Origin: Paraspadella gotoi
Lineage: Eukaryota; Animalia; Chaetognatha
Direction: 5' to 3'
DNA length: 20,845 bases
Assembly: GCA_051294375.1 (NCBI GenBank)
Contig: JBJCIZ010000323.1
Span: forward strand, 1-20,845
The notes below the pieces were generated by a model that did not search any database, was not told the DNA's origin, and was given only the letters and a program-made list of their open reading frames with translations. Position numbers and translations under genes: made by a program. Positions 12,496 through 20,845 of this stretch are shown here, piece by piece (position 1 is the first letter of the stretch; each line of letters starts with the position of its first letter).

Positions 12496-12895
12496 GTATG
12501 TTCATCAGACTAGATATTAATTTTTTAATTACCAAAGGATAATTTTTTATAAATATCAAAATTTTTTAAGGATAAANNNNNNNNNNTGTAGTGACTCAAA
12601 AGACGACGAAGACGACGAATTTTAATTTATTTGGCCAAAGACATGATATATATCAATCTCTTTCTCACACCCTCTCTCTTCCCTTCTTCCTTCCTCACCC
12701 TCTCTCTCCTGCTCTCTCCACTTTGAGAGATTGAGAGAGAGTTAAAAATAATTCAAAAGTTGAATTCATAATTTTTTTTATTGTATTTAAAAATTTGAAT
12801 TGCTGTTGCCGAAAACAAATATTAAAACTTCGTTATTTTATTATCAGAATTAAAAGTTTCTTGGTTATTTATATATTTTTAAATTTCTTTTTTAG

Positions 12896-13962
12896 ATGCT
12901 TTATCTAACATCCCCTTGGACACTCTTAAGAAGCTTCCCGTTACGAATATGCGGTCGGAGAATCAATTCGGCTTCGTGGATCAGCTCCTGACGCGACTAC
13001 GAACATCGAGCATCAAAGTGGTTTCAAATCATCTCATTCTTAAGAGCAGTGGTAACATGGTTTATGGTACCGGGGACGCCAGGAAAGTTAAGAGATTCAA
13101 GTCGGAGATCGATAATATTCAGAATGAGTTTGATAGAAAGCAAAAGGAAAAAAAAAATGAAGCCGTTTTGTCTTTAAAGGGAAAAGCTGGAATTTATCAA
13201 AAAAAGCGTTTGGCTCTTTTAGAATCTTGCAAATCTCATAATGGGCCATTTTCAAAACCGTCTGACGTCTATGCTTTTCTTGACAGATGCAAAGGAGAGA
13301 ACGTTGGCGAGGTCGAGAAGAAAAAAGCGTTAAAGGCTGAAGTTTGTTACGCACGCGAATCCCTGACAAAAAGACCAAAATCTGACGTAGTTTTCAGAAT
13401 TCGTGATCGCACAACAAATAAAGATCTTTCTTCTGAGCAATATGCTGAAAATTTAATTTCCCTTTTTTCTAATATTCTAGCTGTCGCGGATGTTTCCAAC
13501 GATATTGTCCGTGGCGCTATTAACAAGGCAACGGAGGCAGCGGGAATTGATTTCATTCCATCTTCAGACGGTCATGAATCAATTAAAGAACCAAAGAAAA
13601 GATGGTCAGATACAACTGGTTTAATTCACAGTCCAACTAAAAATGAATTTTTGACATCAGAATTAGTAGCTCTTGTATTGAAAAAAAACTCTGAAATTAC
13701 ATGGTCTTTGGCAATGATAGATTCCGTTTTACCCTCTAGGAAACTTCTTATCAGCCTTTTCAAACCAGTGCCGGGACGAATGGGAGAGAATCGGGTCGCC
13801 TTCTTTCTTCCTGACGAGGATGACGCGATCGAGGTTGATCCGGACAATATCCTTCCCTTCCCTCCCATCGTCTCAGAAAGCAGGCTGGATGGAAGTATAG
13901 TTTTTGTAGTTAATAATCATGAAGATTTAGATGTGGTAATTCATGGTATGACCAAGGTATGA
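12896..13962 (+). CDS. Transposase coding exon 2 (spliced product ~1099 aa)
   Basis: Acceptor TTTCTTTTTTAG|AT at 12895/12896. G+AT = Asp joins in frame with ORF 12916-13962. Contains LPVTNMRSENQFG (predicted catalytic E766, cf. hAT SERxFS) and a C-terminal beta-rich module. AATAAA at 14155-14160. Confidence 0.85.
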
Positions 13963-15228
13963 GAGCAGTTTTTTTTTATTGGATGGTAATGGTAAATCAT
14001 TGACTAATAACGATTTTAAGTTCAGTCTCACATATGTAACAGTGTCTTAACAGTGTCTTCAAATTTTCGGTCTGTGATGCTCGGTATTTGTTATTTTTTA
14101 AACTTTATCTACAGAAAAATATAAATTAATATAAACATAAATTTTATTATCTTAAATAAATACCTAAAAAGAATTTGTTAAGCCCCTTTTGAGTTGTTTT
14201 ACCTTTCACGCTTTTTATTCGACCAAGGTCCGACACGGCAAAATAAGGTGACCGTCGTGTGACCTTTATGGGTAATCCCCCTTCGTAGTCTGACCCGGTA
14301 TTTACCGTGACCATCGGGTAGGCAGTCTTTTTTTTTTAAAGGCAGGCAACTCAAAAGAATTATAGTCAATGATATGACAGTTTGATTATTTAACCTTTTC
14401 AATAATTTGCTTCAGATATGTTCAAGGATTTGCAAACGAGTGCAACACAGTCTTCATTCTTCAACTTCGTTTGATAGCGGCATTGAAACTTTTTATTCAA
14501 TTATTGTAAATTCATCACACATGCTTTGGTGATGGAGGTCGCCATGACGTTCAAAACTAAAAAGCTTTAGATCCATATTGATTAAGTTGAAGCTAAATTT
14601 TGGTCATCTGCTGTAGTCGTAGTATATTTAGCTGTAACAGTTTTCCAGATGACCGGCGACCTTAACCCCCTGCCAATTATGATGGTAACCGTCCAAAGGC
14701 GGTCAGCATTAAGATATGAATAATGATTGTTTTTTGTAGTATGTAATACTGTCCTATTTGTAGTAATATTAGAATTTAAATAAATAACANNNNNNNNNNT
14801 GTTCATTGAATTCTTACTAAAAATAAATGTTTCATGTATAAATATAAATTTGGAATTTACATATAATTGTTATAGTTTTAAAGAATGATCGTGGTAGACA
14901 AATACGGCAAATACCTCTCATATTCATAACCAACAAATATCAAAATGAGTGTTTATTATTGTTTTAAGTATTTTAATAGAANNNNNNNNNNTATTTAATA
15001 ATTAAAATAATTTTTTCTTTCATACCGGATTTCATCGTAACTCTTTAATCTCATTTGCATATTTGAGTAAGCTGGTCCAGTGTACTAACCTTTTGAGCTT
15101 ACAATTCTCGTCAGTCGAGGTTCGAATTAGCATTATATGTCAGTGTGTTTCTTGATTTGTTCGTGATGTATTGGATCGAATACCTTAATAAAAAAATCTT
15201 AAAAGCAATAGGGATCCGAGCCGCTTTC

Positions 15229-15437
15229 TATGGTAACAAATATTGATGCGATGATAACAAATATTGACGCGATGATAACCAAATAATTGATGCGATGATA
15301 ACAAATGACTGATGTGATGATAATCAAATGATTTTTGCGATGATAGTCATTCATTGATATGATGAAATCATTCATTGATACGATGATAGTCATCATTGAT
15401 GCGATGATAGTAATTCACTGACGCGATGAATCATTCA
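15229..15437. repeat. Minisatellite, ~10 copies of a 21-22 bp unit (TTGATGCGATGATAACAAATA-like)
   Basis: Tandem, progressively diverging units with no spacers. Confidence 0.9.
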
Positions 15438-15559
15438 TCGTAAATAAAACAAACAAAATGCGTGTATGAGTGAAAGAGAGAGAGAGAGAGAGAGGCTGGA
15501 CAGTTTTCCCGGCCAACGAAACGCATTATTAGGTCTCTCTCGTTTATATAAAGAAAATT

Positions 15560-15667
15560 CAGAATTTTTAGGAAAAACATCCACGAAAATCTCTGATGTA
15601 ATTTGGGATTTTGTATTTGAGAAAAAAGCGCGGAAAAATGGCGATAATAAAAGTTTTTTAGAAGGGA

Positions 15668-15737
<70 letters not shown>

Positions 15738-16983
15738 AAGCCATATAAGAAATTTTTTGTACATTGAAAAATTATAATTCCCTATTAAAAAATATATAGC
15801 TTGAAAATACTCAGTTAACGACTATGATATTTTTGACTTCCAAATAATAATAATAATATCGCGTTATCGCGTTATATTAGGTCATGTTCCTTGACATGTT
15901 TACTCGTTTTCTCGCAACGCCATGAAATCCAGGTTAAAGAGAAAAAAGCGCGGAATAAATGGTGATAATAAAAGTTTTAGAAGGAAAAAAAATAATCAGA
16001 GAGAGACAGAGAGAGAGAGAAATAAAAAGAAAAACCGTATTTCTTTCCAATTTATATCGGTTATCCGTTGCACTCGCACGGCGGCGTGATCTCGGTCAAG
16101 TTGATCCTATTATACACGTAACGGTCAAGTAAGTTTATTCTTCACATTTTCTCAAAAAAAATCCAAGAAAATCTCAGATATAAATTTGGGATTTTGTATT
16201 GAAAAAAAAAAAGCGCGGAATAAATGGCGATAATAAAAGTTTTTAGAAAGAAAAAAATAATCAGAATTTTTCAAAAACGAACGATCACGCAAGAGATCGT
16301 AAAGAGAGAAAGAGACAGAAGAGAGAGAGAGAGAGAGAGAGAGAAAGAAGCTGAACAGACGCTGCATAGGCGGAACTCGTTTACTCGTCGCAAATTAATA
16401 TATAGTTTACTATATACTAATTTGATATTGCAGTAAGTACTATATCTAATTAGTATATTGCAGTAAATTATAATGAAGTGGAAATTCAAACAAAAAATAC
16501 TTGAATCGATATGAACAAAGAAAATGGACACGACATTTCAAATTCATCGCTGCCCTCACTAATGGAACTTGATAACTAGATACATTGTTTGGTAGTTAAA
16601 CCATAACCGGCAAAAATAGGCAGTAAAAAATGATCGCATATAGCATACAATCCGGCATATTCAAATTGTGAAAAAAATTTAAGGTTTTTCGCTCAACAAC
16701 ATTGGACAGAGTATGAAAAGATTTCCTCTGGCAATGTAAATCTGTATAAATATGCTATTTGCTATTATATTTCTTTCTTTTAATAACAATCATGTTAGAA
16801 CGGAGAGAGATGGAGAGAAGCGTAAAATTTCTGACGTATGAGTTATTCTTCACTTTTTCTAAAAAATAAATCCACGAAAATCTCGGATGTAATTTGGGAT
16901 AATGGTGATAATAAAAGTTTTAGAAGGAAAAAAATAATCAGAATTTTCAAAAACGAACGATCACGCCAAAAAATCGTACACAC

Positions 16984-17014
<31 letters not shown>

Positions 17015-17055
17015 GTCACTGAGAGAGACACAGAGAGAGACAGACAGAGAGGAAA
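15560..17055 (+). repeat. Four direct copies of a ~90-220 bp unit each ending in a (GA)n microsatellite
   Basis: Shared core AATGG(C/T)GATAATAAAAGTTTT..AGAA at ~15560-15735, ~15938-16020, ~16130-16345 and ~16840-17055. AAAAAAGCGCGGAA precedes it in three copies. AAAATCTC.GAT.TAA.TTTGGGAT is present in three copies. Confidence 0.85.
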
Positions 17056-17649
17056 CAAAGCTGGACAGCTGCTGGAAGGCCGCTGTACAGTCATTGCAGA
17101 GACTGAACTCGTTTTCTCTAAAAAAAAAAATATATATATGTAATTTAAAGAAATAAAAGAAAGGCAAAAATATGTTACAATTGTTTACAATTGGAAATTT
17201 TTCAATTTTTTCCAATCGCAGCTTGTAAAAGATTTTATTTTTTATTTGTATTAAAATTAAGATATAGCTTCTCATTAAAAGATATTTGAGTTCCCATTTT
17301 TATTATATTTTTTAAAAAAATTTTTTGAATTTCATCTCAATATTATATACTGCAATATGTAAATTAGATTTAAGCATTTCTATATACTAATTTGGATGTT
17401 AATAATGAGTACTTTAATCTCATTTGCATATTGCAGTAAATCATAATGAAGTGGAATTCAAACAAAAATACTTAAATCAAATGTAATATGAAATATCACA
17501 GCTATTTCAAGATGAAAAGCCATATCTAAATTTTTAACTTACTATGATCGTCACACTTTTGTAAAACTTTATCATAATTCATAATAATTTTTATTTTAAA
17601 AAAAACGGTAAGTTACAGCCAACCTATAAAAGCGTAGTATGTTTTTATA

Positions 17650-17776
17650 TAAAAACAGCGTGACGCCGACGACGACGACGACGAGACGACGACGCCGACG
17701 ACGACGACTACGCACAAAGAAGCAACCTAAACATTATAGAGCCTGAACCGCTTCGCCGGTCATGGCTCGATAATAA
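17650..17776 (+). mobile_element. 3' end of a Helentron-associated (HINE/DINE-like) non-autonomous element
   Basis: (GAC)n microsatellite at ~17662-17708, followed by a GC-rich hairpin GAGCC-TGAACCG-CTTCG-CCGGTCA-TGGCTC (17739-17768) and an A/T-rich tail. This is the typical microsatellite + 3' stem-loop layout. The 5' end was not located. Confidence 0.55.
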
Positions 17777-17811
17777 TCAAAGCATATAGATATTCAATAC
17801 AATTACTTTGT

Positions 17812-17872
17812 ATTTTGACTTTCTGATGAAGACTCGCAAAAAACTAAGAGTCGAAACATGTACATTAATAAA
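17812..17872 (+). ncRNA. Minimal type I hammerhead ribozyme motif (Penelope-like element type)
   Basis: CTGATGA (17823-17829), stem II GACTC/GAGTC (17831-17835/17848-17852), GAAA (17853-17856), palindromic ACATGT stem III, GUA cleavage triplet, then AATAAA. Stem I pairing is poor, so it may be degenerate. Confidence 0.65.
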
Positions 17873-19377
17873 TATAAATTGCTATTACAACGAATTTTTT
17901 TTCGTTTCATCTCTAATACAATTACTGTAATAAAATGGTCATCATTAATTCAATTAACAATTACATAATCAATAACATTATTAAACAATCATTAACGGAG
18001 TTAATTTGGAATAATTTGTAAATGTAGTTAGAGTCAAGAGAAAATAGTGAATAGCTTTTCACTCAACATGATTATAGGCTTAGCAAATTTTATAAAGTTT
18101 TTTTACAGAATTTAGCACTATAGTACAAATTAGTCCCCTATATGCTACTAATTTTTTCTATCTTTGTTTTTTGAAAAATCGATCAATAAATGCTTGCAAC
18201 TCTTTCAAAATTTGCAAAAAAAACGGTTTTTTTCATTAAAAATGATAGATTATCTTAAAAAATATCAGTCCGGAATCAATTTAATCTGCGTCAAATTTAA
18301 AGAGCGGAAAAAATACTTCATTTTACATACTTTATTTTTAAAAATCCAAAAAAATACTTTTCAATTATTGATGTTTAAAAAACCGAATTCTCGGCATTTT
18401 TAAGTCACATTTTTTATTTCCTTTATAACTTTGGAAAAAATTAATGTAAAATAAGGTATAAAACAGACTAAATTCCTCTAGAGTAAACCTTGGGCTTTCT
18501 ATTGGCGTAAATAGGTATTAGTTTTTTAATTTTTGTTTCAGGAGCTATGAATTGTTAATCTTGAAAAAAATTTGAAAAAATATTTATTTATTATTTTTGT
18601 CTGTGTGCTTACAATTTGAATGTTTAGATATCTATCATATCTACAAAACATAAGCTTTATTTGAGACCTCTCCAACTTTTTACGATTTTTCATTATTGAA
18701 TTATAACATAAAATTAAATTTTTTATAAAAAAAGATTAATCAATTAGTACTTTCAAATAGAATATTTTTTAAAAATAAAGATACAAAATACAGTTCAACT
18801 TTTAAGGCTTTAAAACAAATGTTTAAAATAAAAAATAATATAAAATTATAATAAAAAATAAATAAAACAGATTATTAACTTTATTTTATTATAAAAATAT
18901 ATGTTTAATTAAAACTTAATCTCAAATAAAATAACAGGTATATATTAGTTGAGTGCTTTATCAATCTCATATCCAGCTTATAATAGGTTATAATATTTGT
19001 TATTATTTATGAAAAAAATATTTACAAAATAATAATAATACAGTAGCTCTCACTCAATATGATATATATTGTTAATAAAAATGTTTCAAAATATTAACAA
19101 GTATAATGCATTAACTTTTAATACTTGAATAAATATATATTAAATAGTTTTAAAAATATATTTTAAATTTTTTTAAAATATTTTATAATAAAATTATTAT
19201 TAATTACAAATAAATTATTTTTATAGCCTAACAAGTAGAACTGCATTGTATTATATATAGACATATTTGTATCTTAATTTTTACTTATAATTCATTGTGG
19301 TATAATCCTTCTTTTTCGTTGCTGTAATAATTATTAGAAAAGTTTGAAATGAATTTTCACAACGATTTTATTTTATA

Positions 19378-19423
19378 AAAACGGACATGTTCGGCTTAAC
19401 TACAAGCCTTCATCAGGCCATTA
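19378..19423 (-). ncRNA. Second minimal hammerhead ribozyme motif, in the loop of the foldback element
   Basis: Minus strand reads AATGGC-CTGATGA-A-GGCTT-GTAGTT-AAGCC-GAA-CATGTC-CGTT, then AATAAA. One A of GAAA is missing and stem I is out of register (mutation or indel error). Confidence 0.55.
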
Positions 19424-19450
19424 AAAAAGTTAGTGAATTTGAAACAAATT

Positions 19451-19693
19451 ATGTGCATAAAGAAAAGAGTGAGAAGAGAGAGAGAGGGCAAAGTTTCCAA
19501 CACAGAGTTGAGAAGGGATAGTGGTCAATTGTGAGGACAGATTAGGTGAACAAATAGAGCCAGTTTGTGAAAAGAAATTGAAATGGTGAAGAGAGAGAGA
19601 GAGAGAGAAGGAGAGAGAGAGTGAGAGAAGCTTGAAAACTTGGAAACTTTGCCCTCTCTCTCTCTCTCTCTCTCACTCTTTCTTTATGCACAT
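19451..19693. repeat. Nested inverted repeat (~50-bp arms) inside the foldback spacer
   Basis: ATGTGCATAAAGAAAAGAGTGAGA(GA)nGGGCAAAGTTTCCAA (19451-19500) versus TTGGAAACTTTGCCC(TC)nACTCTTTTCTTTATGCACAT (19640-19693). Confidence 0.9.
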
Positions 19694-20845
19694 CTGCTAA
19701 ACCCTGTTGCTTTAGTCAAAACTACTACTTTATAGGATGGGGAATGAAGATAAAGTGGATAAATATTTCTAAAATTAAAGATCAGAAAAAGATTTTAACA
19801 TTTTTTAATGATATATTTTTTTTTTAAAAATAATTTTTCATTAATAATAACAAATAATTATTGCTATTAAAGCTGCATATGAGATTAAATTAAAGCACTT
19901 AACTACTTTGAGATAAGTTTTAATTAAACATCATATATTTTTTATAATAAAATAAAGTTAATATCTGTTTTTATTTATTTTTTATTATAATTTATATTAT
20001 TTTTTTATTTTAAACATTTGTTTTTTAAAGCCTTATAGTTGAACTGTATTTTTGTATCTTATTTTTAAAAAAATATTCTATTTGAAAGTACTAATTGATT
20101 AATCTTTTTTTTTAAAAAAAAATTTAATTTTTATGTATAATTCAATAATGAAAAATCGTAAAAAGTTGGAGAGGTCTCAAATTAAAGCTTATGTTTTGTA
20201 GATAAATGTTAGATATATAAACATTCAAATTGTAAGCACACAGACAAAAATAATAAATAAATATTTTTTTCAAATTTTTTTCAAGATTTACAATTCATAG
20301 CTCCTGAACAAAATTAAAAAACTAATACCTATTTACGCCAATAGAAAAGCCCAAGGTTTACTCTAGAGCATTTAGTCTGTTTTATACCTTATTTTACATT
20401 ATTTTCAAAGTTATAAAGGGAAATAAAAAATGTGACTTAAAAATGCCGAGATTCGGTTTTTTAAACATCAATAATTGGAAAAGTATTTTTTGGATTTTTA
20501 AAAATAAAGTATGTAAAATGAAGTATTTTTCCGCTCTTTAAATTGACGCAGGTTAAATTTGATTCCCGACTGATATTTTTTTAAGATATCTATCATTTTA
20601 ATGAAAAAAACCGTTTTTTGCAAATTTAAAGAGTTGCAAGCACTTTTTGATCGATTTTTCAAAAAACAAAGATAGAAAAAAAAATTAGTAGCATATAGGG
20701 GACTAATTTGTACATAGTGCTAAATTCTGTAAAAAACTTTATAAAATTTGTAAGGCCTAATAGATTATAATATTTTGGTAGATGGCCATAACAGTAGACA
20801 CAGAAGCTAAACTCGGATTTTCAAAAAAACCTTGCAGATATGATC

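Larger units (their letters stand above)
9612..15101 (+). mobile_element. Autonomous cut-and-paste DNA transposon, ~5.5 kb, hAT-like DDE transposase, imperfect TIRs
   Basis: Left end TAAGCGTAAAAGTTTAGTACAC (9612-9633) versus reverse complement of right end TAAGCTCAAAAGGTTAGTACAC (15080-15101): 19/22 identical. Weaker similarity extends to ~50 bp (CTTCTCAAAATATGCTAAT vs CTTACTCAAATATGCAAAT). These ends enclose the transposase gene. No 8-bp TSD is evident, so ends may be off by a few bases. Confidence 0.75.
18075..20759. mobile_element. Foldback / long-TIR non-autonomous element, ~2.7 kb, arms ~940 bp
   Basis: 18075-~19020 is the reverse complement of ~19830-20759, e.g. TTAGTCCCCTATATGCTACTAATT vs AATTAGTAGCATATAGGGGACTAA and CTCTAGAGTAAACCTTGGGC vs GCCCAAGGTTTACTCTAGAG. 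Differences are mostly 1-nt indels. Termini TAGGC...GCCTA. Flanks CATGATTA / ATAGATTA resemble an 8-bp TSD with one indel. No ORF. Confidence 0.8.

Noticed and set aside
12916-13962. Independent 348-aa gene starting at TTG
   Set aside because: Better explained as exon 2 of the transposase: in-phase acceptor at 12895 and it supplies the missing catalytic Glu.
14400-14810. Second (accessory) gene on the minus strand of the transposon
   Set aside because: Only short frames with stops; no recognisable motif or convincing splice path.
15229-15437. CRISPR-like array
   Set aside because: Units abut directly with no unique spacers, the context is eukaryotic, and there are no cas genes; it is a minisatellite.
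15435-17275. ORFs with RERE/SLSL repeats (also 7548-7871 and 8420-8692)
   Set aside because: Translations of GA/CT microsatellites and pyrimidine tracts.

Overview
AT-rich metazoan (invertebrate-like) genomic DNA, not prokaryotic. The left ~9 kb holds two intron-rich host genes head-to-head about 1.6 kb apart: a kainate/AMPA-type ionotropic glutamate receptor (minus strand, amino-terminal-domain exons, running off the left edge) and a ZnT1/ZnT63C-type zinc exporter (plus strand, ~10 exons). Both are full of single-base indels, so the ORF track misses them; the indels are most likely assembly errors. At ~9612-15101 is an apparently intact ~5.5-kb DNA transposon with imperfect terminal inverted repeats. 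It carries a two-exon ~1099-aa DDE transposase (D..D..CxxH..E, hAT-like) whose intron separates off the predicted catalytic Glu. The right ~5.6 kb is a repeat nest: a ~21-bp minisatellite, four copies of a GA-tailed unit, a Helentron-like 3' end, two Penelope-type minimal hammerhead ribozyme motifs, and a ~2.7-kb foldback element with ~940-bp arms and a nested inner inverted repeat. All homology calls come from motif recognition by eye, not database searches.
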